A stretch of DNA of 64,000 bases from an uncultured Acidobacteriota bacterium (GCA_963700145.1 OY969474.1:576001-640000); one strand, 5' to 3'. Shown: positions 22,953 to 30,785, counted from the stretch's first letter. Notes: generated from the letters alone by a model not told the origin. Numbers and translations are program-made.

Positions 22953-23777
22953 ATGAAAGCAGAGTGGCAGGGCGAGCTCCTGAGCGAGCTGGGTCGCAAC
23001 CTGGTCGCAGGGTCTCTGACCGACCCCGAGCTCCTCCGCCAGACGGCCGGCCCGGTGCACCAGATCCTGCCCGAGGCCAACGTCGTCAAGATCGGCGGCC
23101 AGAGCATCATCGACCGGGGCGGGAAGGCGGTGTTCCCGCTGATCGAGGAGATCGTCGCCAACCTGCCGCGCCACCAGATCATCCTCGGCACCGGCGCCGG
23201 CACCCGGGCGCGCCAGGCCTACAGCGTGGCATTGGACCTCGGCCTGCCGATCGGGGTGATGAGCGTCCTCGGCACCTTCGTATCGATGCAGAACGCCCGC
23301 ATGATCCACTACCTGCTCGCCAAGCACGGCATCCCGTTCATCGAGCCGGCCCAGTTCCCCCAGCTTCCGCTCTATCTCGTCGAGCGCCGGGCGGTGATCT
23401 TCTTCGGCATGCCGCCCTACACCTTCTGGCAGGAGAACCCGGCGGTGGGGCGCATCCCTCCCCACCGCACGGACACCGGTGCCTACCTGGTCAGCGAGGT
23501 CTTCGGGACGCGTTCGATGATCTACGTCAAGGACGAGGACGGCCTCTACACCGCCGATCCGAAGAAGGACAAGCAGGCGCGCTTCATCCCGAAGATCACC
23601 GTCGCCGAGCTGGAGGCGATGGACTTGAAGGACGTGGTGGTGGAGCGGGCGGTCCTCGAGCTGATGAAGAACGCCCAGCACCGGCGCTCGATCCGCGTGA
23701 TCAACGGCCTGGTGCCCGGCAACCTCACCCGCGCCCTCGAGGGCGAGGACGTCGGCACGCTGATCACGGCGGACTGA
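22953..23777 (+). CDS. mosB: Molybdenum storage protein beta subunit-like (amino acid/UMP kinase fold)
   Basis: SLTDP.L, KIGGQSIIDRG..AVFPL, GTGAGTRAR, GMPPY, IPP.RTD.G, VKDEDGLYTADPK and NGLVPGNLTRAL match my recollection of A. vinelandii MosB. Confidence 0.8.
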   Translation: MKAEWQGELLSELGRNLVAGSLTDPELLRQTAGPVHQILPEANVVKIGGQSIIDRGGKAVFPLIEEIVANLPRHQIILGTGAGTRARQAYSVALDLGLPIGVMSVLGTFVSMQNARMIHYLLAKHGIPFIEPAQFPQLPLYLVERRAVIFFGMPPYTFWQENPAVGRIPPHRTDTGAYLVSEVFGTRSMIYVKDEDGLYTADPKKDKQARFIPKITVAELEAMDLKDVVVERAVLELMKNAQHRRSIRVINGLVPGNLTRALEGEDVGTLITAD

Positions 23778-23817
23778 TAGGCGCGAAAGCCTTCGCGCCC
23801 GTGTCTGATTGCTACCA

Positions 23818-23859
23818 GGAGCGCCGTCCGTCGCGCGACCAGCGCGACGGGCTCCTAGG
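23818..23859. repeat. REP-like palindromic element, copy 2 (mosB-mosA spacer)
   Basis: Same 32-bp core as 5833-5864. Its TAGG end runs directly into the AGGAGG RBS of the next gene. Confidence 0.75.
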
Positions 23860-23868
23860 AGGAACGCG

Positions 23869-24702
23869 ATGAAAGAGATCCGTCCCGGGGACGGGCGCCA
23901 CCACGTCGACTCGCTGCTGATGCGCGAGAGCCTGCTCGACAGAGACCTCGAGGCCGCCACCGACGACCACCGGCCGCTGGTGCGGATGCTCCCCGACGCC
24001 TGCGTGCTCAAGATCGGCGGGCGCTCGATCATCGACCGCGGGCGGCACGCCCTCTTCCCCCTCGTCGAGGCCGTCGGCAAGGCCCTCGCCGGCCGCACCC
24101 TGATCATCGGCACCGGCGGCGGCGTGCGCAGCCGTCACGTCTTCTCGATCGGCCTCGACCTCGGGATGCCGACCGGGGTCCTCGCCCAGCTCGCCATCGC
24201 CGACGCCCTCGGCAACGCCCACATCCTCGGCACCCTGCTCTCCCCGTACGGGGTGGTGGCGATCCCGCCCGAGATCTTCGGCCACCTGCTGCCGTTCTTC
24301 GTCAAGGCCGCGCCGGGAGTCATCTTCAACGGCGATCCGCCGTACTCGATCTGGGAGCACCCGCCCCCGATGGGGCGGATCCCGCGCCACCGCACCGACG
24401 CCGGCAGCTACTTGACCGCCGAGTGCTTCGGCTGCAAGTCGTTCACGCTGGTCAAGGACGTCGACGGTCTCTACGACGCCGACCCGAAGGACCACCCGTC
24501 GGCGAGCCTGATCCGGGAGATCAGCGTCTCCGAGCTGCGCGCCCGCCGCCTGCCCTCGCTCCCCTTCGACGAGATCCTGCTCGACCTGCTGGAACGGGCG
24601 CGGCTGGTCGACCGCTTCCAGATCGTCAACGGTCTCAAGCCGGAGCTGCTCGCGCCGGCGCTCGACGGCGAGCACGTCGGCACGATCGTCTGGGCGGGGT
24701 GA
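23869..24702 (+). CDS. mosA: Molybdenum storage protein alpha subunit-like paralog
   Basis: N-terminus HVDSLLMRESLLDRDL resembles MosA HVISPLARQTLQDRDL. Also KIGGR, GVRSRHVFSIGLDLG, GNAHIL and GEHVGT. Confidence 0.7.
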   Translation: MKEIRPGDGRHHVDSLLMRESLLDRDLEAATDDHRPLVRMLPDACVLKIGGRSIIDRGRHALFPLVEAVGKALAGRTLIIGTGGGVRSRHVFSIGLDLGMPTGVLAQLAIADALGNAHILGTLLSPYGVVAIPPEIFGHLLPFFVKAAPGVIFNGDPPYSIWEHPPPMGRIPRHRTDAGSYLTAECFGCKSFTLVKDVDGLYDADPKDHPSASLIREISVSELRARRLPSLPFDEILLDLLERARLVDRFQIVNGLKPELLAPALDGEHVGTIVWAG

Positions 24703-24704
24703 GA

Positions 24705-24833
24705 CGGTTCCGGAGACTTGAGAGACGAGAAGCCGACCGCGAGGGTGACCGCATAGGCCACGCCAAGGACCACGACGCCCACCGCCGAGAAGATTCCGAG
24801 GCGACGAGCCGTCGCGCTGAACTCAACGGCCAC
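24705..24833 (-). pseudogene. Truncated N-terminal fragment of a membrane protein
   Basis: GGAGAG RBS plus GTG gives (M)AVEFSATARRLGIFSAVGVVVLGVAYAVTLAVGFSSLKSPE, one clean TM helix, after which the frame runs into antisense mosA. Confidence 0.45.
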
Positions 24834-25863
24834 TGCTCTCCCCGGACGCCGCCAACTTATCCAAGCAATTCTCAAAGGCTCCGGGAGTCCAAAGACACTG
24901 TTTAGTCGCCACGGCCGTCGGGCTAAGAACCCTCTCCACGATCGGCCTAATCCACCTGTCCCAACTCACAAAGATGTCGGAATGGGCGAGGGGAGCGGTC
25001 ATGAGCTCAATGTCAAAAAAGTAGCTCGCCTTATCCTTTCGTCCCGGATCCTGGCCTATGACAAGGAACACATTGACATACTGGGTAATGGAGGGCATCG
25101 ATTTCAAAAGGTGACCCGCAGCTCCACGATAACGATCTCTGGGCAACTCTTCCACGCGCCGCAGCATCTCCAGGTGAGCCGGGAGCGGAAGCGACCGACT
25201 CAGCTCGATAAAGCGAGGGGTCACAAAGTTCCTGAGCGCCGCCTCTTCCTCGATTCGCCGTGCCTTCTCTTTGCTTCCCCCGGCAATCTCCTTGCGCCGG
25301 AGCGAAGTCGCGGCAAGAGCTGGCACCGGACCCTCCTCCATGGAGAACGCCTGACGAGTCATTTTGCAAAGCTCAACCAAGCCGATACCCTTTAGTGCCT
25401 GACCGGCAATTGCTTGATCGGTTCGCATCAGCAACCGCGTCGAGAAGGGAAGCTCGGCTATATGGGCGATGACGGGCACGAAGAGTACAGAGGGATCCAC
25501 TGCTGGGCGGCTACCACGCCGAATCTCTTCAAAGACGGCATCAACTTCCGCGGTGAATATCTCCTCGGTGGAGGCAAACGATATGTTGAGACTGAATTCC
25601 TCCATCAGCGCTGCAACGCGGAGGGCAGAAGAAAATGACTGCCTGTAGAGCTCCCAGATGAGGGACGCTGTGAGGGGACAGAAGACCATTGCCCCGCTTA
25701 CAAGGTCCTGGAGCTTCTCGCGGAGCCGCGCTCCTTGCTCGGTGCTGGCTTCCGCGAGATCAATCCAGACGTTCATGTCCATCAGGACGACGAGACGCCC
25801 TTCAACCTTCTTGGAGATTTCCGGGTCTCGTAACTTCATTGGAATGACCTGCTCTTCATTCAT
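24823..25863 (-). CDS. Hypothetical protein, possibly PIN-like nuclease fold
   Basis: AT-richer 346-aa ORF with N-terminal VLMDMNVWI and C-terminal FFDIEL...SDIFVSWD, resembling PIN acidic motifs. Confidence 0.55.
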   Translation of the reverse strand: MNEEQVIPMKLRDPEISKKVEGRLVVLMDMNVWIDLAEASTEQGARLREKLQDLVSGAMVFCPLTASLIWELYRQSFSSALRVAALMEEFSLNISFASTEEIFTAEVDAVFEEIRRGSRPAVDPSVLFVPVIAHIAELPFSTRLLMRTDQAIAGQALKGIGLVELCKMTRQAFSMEEGPVPALAATSLRRKEIAGGSKEKARRIEEEAALRNFVTPRFIELSRSLPLPAHLEMLRRVEELPRDRYRGAAGHLLKSMPSITQYVNVFLVIGQDPGRKDKASYFFDIELMTAPLAHSDIFVSWDRWIRPIVERVLSPTAVATKQCLWTPGAFENCLDKLAASGESSGR

Positions 25864-25903
25864 TCTCGAATCTACTTGGCGAATCCCCGTTGGATGAGTG
25901 GCT

Positions 25904-26485
25904 CTAGTCCCTTTGGAATGTTACAGAGGTAACCTTGACTTCAACCCCTCTTGTCCAGCTCAACGGTGCGTCATCCATCTTGGCACCAAAGATGCGACTC
26001 TGACCTGGTTTCAGCGGCTCCTGGTCTGCACTGAGGGATAGCTCGGTTACCAGCACAGGGTGATATCTCTTCTCAAATACCGGCCTGCCAAATTCACCCA
26101 AGCAGTAGATCGTAATCTCCACCTTCCTAAGCGTGCGGTCGCCTGTATTCGTGATCTCACCAAAGACAGCAATCTGGTCAAGTACATCGGGGGCGACGCG
26201 GACATTACTTACTACCACTCGGCTTATATACGCCTCTGCGGTTTTATCGTCGCCTTGATCTGAATCTGATGCTGCAGCAGGAATGTTCTGCTTGAAGTTC
26301 GTTAGAGCGGAGCCGAACGTTGCTAGCGCGCCCAGCAGAAGTCCCCAGAACAGGGCAGCAGCAAAGGTGATGATGAAGACTGCGGGTATCGCAGCAATGG
26401 CCCATTTGACCATGAAGCGGACCATGGATAGAAAAGGCATATCGAAGTCCGTGACAGCAACACGATTGGCGCTCGGCTCCGCCAT
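25904..26485 (-). CDS. Membrane-anchored protein with FxLYD-like Ig domain
   Basis: GAAGGAG RBS, TM segment DMPFLSMVRFMVKWAIAAIPA, and VFGEITNTGDRTLRKVEITIYCL. TATAAT on the minus strand at 26528-26533. Confidence 0.7.
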   Translation of the reverse strand: MAEPSANRVAVTDFDMPFLSMVRFMVKWAIAAIPAVFIITFAAALFWGLLLGALATFGSALTNFKQNIPAAASDSDQGDDKTAEAYISRVVVSNVRVAPDVLDQIAVFGEITNTGDRTLRKVEITIYCLGEFGRPVFEKRYHPVLVTELSLSADQEPLKPGQSRIFGAKMDDAPLSWTRGVEVKVTSVTFQRD

Positions 26486-26755
26486 AAGGTCTCCTTCGCC
26501 ATCAAGGCCTGATTTTAATCTTGAGCGATTATAGCCGGCGAAGCGCTGCTTCGCACTGCGGGGGACTGCCCCTCCCATGGCGTCATTCGAGGTCTCTAGC
26601 TGAGGAGTACACTTCTGCCGGTCGGCGGCGGGAGAGCCCTCAGGGCGTGGGCACGAGTGCGATGGGTCCACCTAAGTTCGCGGAAGGTGGCCTCCCGCAG
26701 CCTTCGGACAGTTTGCCCTTGCCCGCGTACATCCACCACCCCATCCCAGCAGGAA

Positions 26756-27031
26756 TTGAATCTCTCGGAGTTTCTCGAAGGCGCGGCGGGCCGCGCTCTC
26801 GCTGCGGCGCTGGAGCGGAAGGCGCGGGGGAAGCGGAAGAGAGACAGGGCCCGGAAGGCTCGCGCCGCGGGGCGGCGCTCAGGGACGGTCTGCGGCCGCT
26901 GGAGTGGGGACGGAGAGGTTCCCGGATCTGCGGCTCTCGGGGCGGTGGCTGCGGGCGGCAGGCTTCGACTTAGGACATGCGTACGAAGTGGAGGTGCACG
27001 CCGGAAGGCTGGTCGTCCGGGCGGTTTCTGA
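26756..27031 (+). pseudogene. SymE-family type I toxin-like gene, apparently frameshifted
   Basis: Core PDLRLSGRWLRAAGFDLGHAYEVEVHAGRLVVRAV is in a different frame from the upstream basic segment ...RRSGTVCGRWSGDGEVP. The shift is near 26921-26925. Confidence 0.6.
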
Positions 27032-27046
27032 CAAGGCGGGACGACC

Positions 27047-27382
27047 GGGAAGCCCCGCCAGGCGTTCGGGAAGCTCCGCTCTTCAAGACGGAAGCTTCCC
27101 CACCCGAAAGCGAAGCCTAGCTTTTCAAAAGCGAAGCTTCGCCAACGGAAAGGCAAGCTTCGCTTTTCGAGGGGGAAGCTTCGCTACCCGGAAGGGAAGC
27201 TTAGCTTTTCAAAAGGGAAGCTTCCCCGTCCGAAGGGGAAGCTTCACCTTTCAAGAGGGAAGCTTCGGTACCGGAAAGGGAAGCCTCGCTTTTCAAAAGC
27301 GAAGCTTCCCCAAGCGAAAGGAAGGCTTAGCTTTTCAAGTGGGAAGCTTCCTTTTTCGCTGGGGAAGCTTCCTGGCGACCTG
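27047..27382. repeat. Tandem array of 16 x 21-bp units centred on GGAAGCTTC, with 42-bp higher-order period
   Basis: Units stay in exact phase from 27047 to 27362. Alternate units end in CTTTTCAARA-like or variable-NGAAA-like tails. Confidence 0.9.
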
Positions 27383-27449
27383 CGGAGGTGACACCCGCGA
27401 CATTCTGCCGCACTTCTAGGCGATCATCCGCGTCAGCTACCGGGAAATT

Positions 27450-27484
27450 GGGGAACGCTCCCCGCGAGCGGGGGAATGCTCCCG
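27450..27484 (-). terminator. Hairpin downstream of the M23 peptidase gene
   Basis: Imperfect inverted repeat GGGAACGCTCCCC...GGGGAATGCTCCC just after the stop codon. Confidence 0.4.
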
Positions 27485-27486
27485 AC

Positions 27487-28347
27487 CTAGTCGAGGATAT
27501 AGGCGATCGGGTTGACGGCGTTGCCGTCGATCCGCACCTCGTAGTGGAGGTGCGAGCCGGTCGAGCGGCCGGTGCTGCCCACCAGGCCGAGGACGTCGCC
27601 GCGCTGCACCCGCTGGCCGGGCCGGACGTCGACGCGGGCGAGGTGCCCGTAGCGGCTGCTGAGGCCGAAGCCGTGCGCCAGGTAGACGGCGTTGCCGAGG
27701 CCGCCGAGGGTGCCGGCGCGGAGCACGATGCCGTCGGCGCTCGCCCGCACCGGCTGGCCGGCGGCGGCGGCGATGTCTACTCCCTGGTGGTCGCCGCGGC
27801 CGTGAGTCAGCGGATCGCTGCGGTAGCCGAAGCCGCTGGTCAGGATGCCTTGGACGGGGGCGATGGCGGGGGTGGCGGAGATCCAGCGTAGGCGCTGCTC
27901 GAGCTTGGCGTCGACCCGGTCGAGCTGGCCGGCGATCGCCTCGGCCCGCCGCGTCAGCTCGCCGAAGCCGCCCGCGCCCGGCTCGTCGAGCGGCGCGCTG
28001 CCGCCGATCCCGGCTTCGCTGCCGTTGTCCACCCCGTCGAGGCCGGCCACGATGGCGAGCTGCCGGGTGCGGTCCTCGTAGTCGGCGAGCTGCCGCTGGA
28101 TCTCTTGCAAGTCCTGCTCGAAGGCGCCGTTGACCTGCCGCAGCGCACGGTTCTCGGCCTCGAGGCGGGCGAGCTCGGTGGGGCTGACGTGGCTGTGGAA
28201 GTAGGCCCAGGTGACGGCGGCGGAGGCGGCGGTGAGGACGAGCAGGAGCGCGACGGCGAGGCCGATCTGGAGGTTGGTGACCCGCCACTTGCGGAGCCGG
28301 GCCCGCGCGTGCGGGACGAAGATGACGGTGTGGTGTGATCTGGCCAT
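27487..28347 (-). CDS. M23-family metallopeptidase with TM anchor and coiled coil
   Basis: HQGVD (HxxxD) and GSHLHYEV (HxH) motifs, TM helix and coiled coil. Confidence 0.92.
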   Translation of the reverse strand: MARSHHTVIFVPHARARLRKWRVTNLQIGLAVALLLVLTAASAAVTWAYFHSHVSPTELARLEAENRALRQVNGAFEQDLQEIQRQLADYEDRTRQLAIVAGLDGVDNGSEAGIGGSAPLDEPGAGGFGELTRRAEAIAGQLDRVDAKLEQRLRWISATPAIAPVQGILTSGFGYRSDPLTHGRGDHQGVDIAAAAGQPVRASADGIVLRAGTLGGLGNAVYLAHGFGLSSRYGHLARVDVRPGQRVQRGDVLGLVGSTGRSTGSHLHYEVRIDGNAVNPIAYILD

Positions 28348-28427
28348 GCGGACGATACGGGCAGAGCCCGGAGACGGCCCGCTCCGGGGCACGCGCGTGT
28401 TCAGCGACGGCAAAAATGGACCCGCGT

Positions 28428-28456
28428 ATTGTGGTGACCGGCCCCTGCCGTGTCAA
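28428..28456 (-). promoter_or_regulatory. sigma70 promoter of the M23 gene
   Basis: Minus strand TTGACA-17 bp-CACAAT. Confidence 0.6.
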
Positions 28457-28475
28457 CCCCTGCCGATCGTCAGAG

Positions 28476-28504
28476 TTGACAAATACCCCCTAGGGGTAAA
28501 TGGT
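28476..28504 (+). promoter_or_regulatory. csoR promoter with CsoR-type operator
   Basis: TTGACA at 28476-28481, followed by the palindrome TACCCC-CTA-GGGGTA (28484-28498), a C/G-tract operator typical of CsoR. Confidence 0.8.
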
Positions 28505-28511
28505 TCGCGCC

Positions 28512-28808
28512 ATGACGAACCAGACCCCAGCCCAGGGCGAGGCCGGCAAAGCGGAGCTGCGGCGGCGGCTCGCCCGCATCGAGGGACAGGTGCGTGGAAT
28601 CGCCCGCATGCTCGAGGAGGACCGCTACTGCGTCGAGGTGCTGACCCAGCTCGCGGCGGTCCACCAGGGGCTGCGCGAGGTGGCGCGCGAGCTCCTCTCC
28701 CAGCACATGCAGACCTGCGTCCGCCGCGCCTTCAGCGCCGGCGACGCCGCCCAGCAGGCGCGGGTGGTCGAGGAGCTGGCCGAGCTGGCGTTCAAGTACA
28801 GCCGCTAG
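28512..28808 (+). CDS. csoR: CsoR/RcnR-family metal-sensing repressor
   Basis: RLARIEGQVRGI..M....YC.EVL.Q..AV...HMQTC, carrying the Cys-His-Cys ligand set. Confidence 0.9.
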   Translation: MTNQTPAQGEAGKAELRRRLARIEGQVRGIARMLEEDRYCVEVLTQLAAVHQGLREVARELLSQHMQTCVRRAFSAGDAAQQARVVEELAELAFKYSR

Positions 28809-29045
28809 ATCATCTCCGGGCGCTCCGGGAAGATCTCGGAGAGCGGGCGATAGATCTCCATGCATGGGAGATTCATCCCGGGGCGTCGGAGATAGATCTC
28901 CATGCATGGAAGACTCTTTGTCGGACCGCGAAGATAGATCACCGTCTATAGAAGAGATGTCTCCGGGGCGCCGAGATGAACCTCGGGAGACGCGAGATCT
29001 TCATGCGGGCGCTCCCGGAAGCCCGCCGGCGCTCCCGAGACATGG
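28806..29045. repeat. Second degenerate 21-bp tandem array centred on AGATCT
   Basis: AGATCT-like cores at 28831, 28852, 28894, 28936 and 28978 (21/42-bp phase). GATAGATCTCCATGCATGG occurs twice, 42 bp apart. Confidence 0.75.
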
Positions 29046-29086
29046 GTCGCCTGCCGCGACGCCTGCGCCCGCTGGTGGCCGCCTGC

Positions 29087-29782
29087 CTAGCGGCAGCGCG
29101 CGGCCAGGGCCTCGGCGTCGAGGACGGTGATCCGCGGCCCCGGCTGGACGGCGATCGCCCCCCGCCCCTTGAGGTCCGCCACCGCGTGGTTCACCCGCTC
29201 GCGCGAGGCGCCGACGAGCCCCGCCAGGTCGCTCTGGGAGAGCTTGAACGGGATGCGCGCGCCGCCGTCGGGCGCCGGGCGGCCGTGCTGCTGGGCGAAG
29301 GCGAGGAGCTGGCGCGCCACCCGTCCCTCGACGTCGAGGGTAGCGATCGCCTGGAGCTGCTCGTTGGCCTGGCGGAGCCGGCGGCAGAGCAGCTTGAAGA
29401 GGTTGAAGCCGAGCGCCGGCATCTCGCGCAGGCTGCGGTGGAAGGCGGCACGGTCGAGCCAGAGGCAGGTGGCCCGCTCGACGACCACGACGTCGGCCGA
29501 GCGGCCGGCGCTGTCGAAGAGGCTCATCTCGCCCACCGTGTCGCCGGCGGCGAGGAAGGCGAGCACGACCTCGGTGCCGTCCGCCTGCTCGACGGAGATC
29601 TTGGCCGTGCCGTCGAGGAGCACGAAGACCACTTCGCCCGGCTGCTCGGCGGTCATCAGGCTGGCGCCGGCGGGGAAGGTGCGCCGCCGCAGCAGCTCGT
29701 TGAGCCGCTCGAGCTCGGGGGCGGCGAGCTCGGCGAAGAGCGGGATCGCGGCGAGCTCCGCGGGGTCGGCGACGGCGGGCAC
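29087..29782 (-). CDS. Crp/Fnr-family transcriptional regulator
   Basis: cNMP domain (GEMSLFDSAGRSADV) and HTH (SQSDLAGLVGASRERVN). Confidence 0.9.
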   Translation of the reverse strand: MPAVADPAELAAIPLFAELAAPELERLNELLRRRTFPAGASLMTAEQPGEVVFVLLDGTAKISVEQADGTEVVLAFLAAGDTVGEMSLFDSAGRSADVVVVERATCLWLDRAAFHRSLREMPALGFNLFKLLCRRLRQANEQLQAIATLDVEGRVARQLLAFAQQHGRPAPDGGARIPFKLSQSDLAGLVGASRERVNHAVADLKGRGAIAVQPGPRITVLDAEALAARCR

Positions 29783-29821
29783 GGCGACTGACTCTACAAT
29801 CGCAATTGACTGGAGCCCGCC

Positions 29822-30778
29822 ATGAGCCAGGTCCACGGCATCCACCACGTCACCGCCATCTGCGGCGACGCCCAGGAGAACCTCGACTTCTACACCGGCG
29901 TCCTCGGCCTCCGCCTGGTCAAGCGCTCGGTCAACCAGGACGCGCCCGACACCTACCACCTCTTCTACGCCGACGCCGAGGGACACCCCGGCACCGACAT
30001 GACGTTCTTCCCCTGGCCGGGAATGCCGCCCGGCCGCAAGGGAGTGGGCTTGGCGGTGGAGGTCGGCTTCGCGGTGCCCGCGGGGAGCCTCGCCTTCTGG
30101 GCCGAGCGGCTGGCCGGGGCCGGCGCCGAGGTCGGCGGCCGCGTCAGCCGCTTCGGCGAGACGGCGCTGCGCCTGCGCGACCCGCACGGGCTGGAGCTGG
30201 CGCTGACCGAGACCGCCGAGCCGCGCGAGCTCGCGCCCTGGGCGCAGGGCCCGGTCCCCGAGCGGCACCAGATCCGCGGCTTCCACGCGGTGCGTCTCTG
30301 GGAGTGGAACCTGGGGGTGACCGGTCCCTTCCTCGAACAGGCGCTGGGCTGCGAGCGGGTGGGGGAGGAGGGAGGGTGGCACCGCTTCGGCACCGACGGC
30401 GGCGGCTCCGGCCGCTGGGTCGAGGTGCGCGAGCTGCCGGCGGAGCGCCGCGGCGCCTGGGGGGTCGGCACGGTGCACCACGTCGCCTTCCAGGTCGCCG
30501 ACGACGAGGAGCAGCTCGCGGTCCGGCAGCGGGTGGCGGCGGCGGGCGCGCACCCGACGCCGGTCATCGACCGCTTCTGGTTCCGCTCGGTCTACTTCAA
30601 GGAGCCCGGCGGCGTTCTCTTCGAGCTGGCGACGCTCGGCCCGGGGTTCGCGGTGGACGAGGACCCTGCCCACCTCGGCGAGCGGCTGATCCTGCCCCCC
30701 TGGCTGGAGCCGCGGCGGCGCGAGATCGAGGCCGCCCTGCCGCCGCTGCGCGTTCACGTACCGGCGGGCGGCGAGTGA
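29822..30778 (+). CDS. Ring-cleaving dioxygenase (MhqO-like VOC family)
   Basis: GIHHVTAI, GLRLVKRSVNQD, VHHVAF, DRFWFRSVYFKEPGGVLFELAT. Confidence 0.92.
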   Translation: MSQVHGIHHVTAICGDAQENLDFYTGVLGLRLVKRSVNQDAPDTYHLFYADAEGHPGTDMTFFPWPGMPPGRKGVGLAVEVGFAVPAGSLAFWAERLAGAGAEVGGRVSRFGETALRLRDPHGLELALTETAEPRELAPWAQGPVPERHQIRGFHAVRLWEWNLGVTGPFLEQALGCERVGEEGGWHRFGTDGGGSGRWVEVRELPAERRGAWGVGTVHHVAFQVADDEEQLAVRQRVAAAGAHPTPVIDRFWFRSVYFKEPGGVLFELATLGPGFAVDEDPAHLGERLILPPWLEPRRREIEAALPPLRVHVPAGGE

Positions 30779-30785
30779 GACGCCT

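Noticed and set aside
5833-23859. The 32-bp repeat pair as attL/attR of an integrated element
   Set aside because: The second copy lies inside the mosB-mosA pair rather than at the island edge, and no recombinase is seen. Treated as a REP-like element.
22953-24702. Duplicated pyrH (UMP kinase)
   Set aside because: Motifs and mod-operon context fit MosB/MosA better, and the tsf/frr context of pyrH is absent.
25864-25903. Possible integron attC site between the AT-rich genes
   Set aside because: Too short, lacks a proper GTTRRRY partner box, and no integrase is present.
27047-27382. CRISPR or TIGR-type guide array
   Set aside because: Period is 21/42 bp with only ~6 variable nt. No 30-40-nt unique spacers, and no cas or Nop-domain gene in the window.
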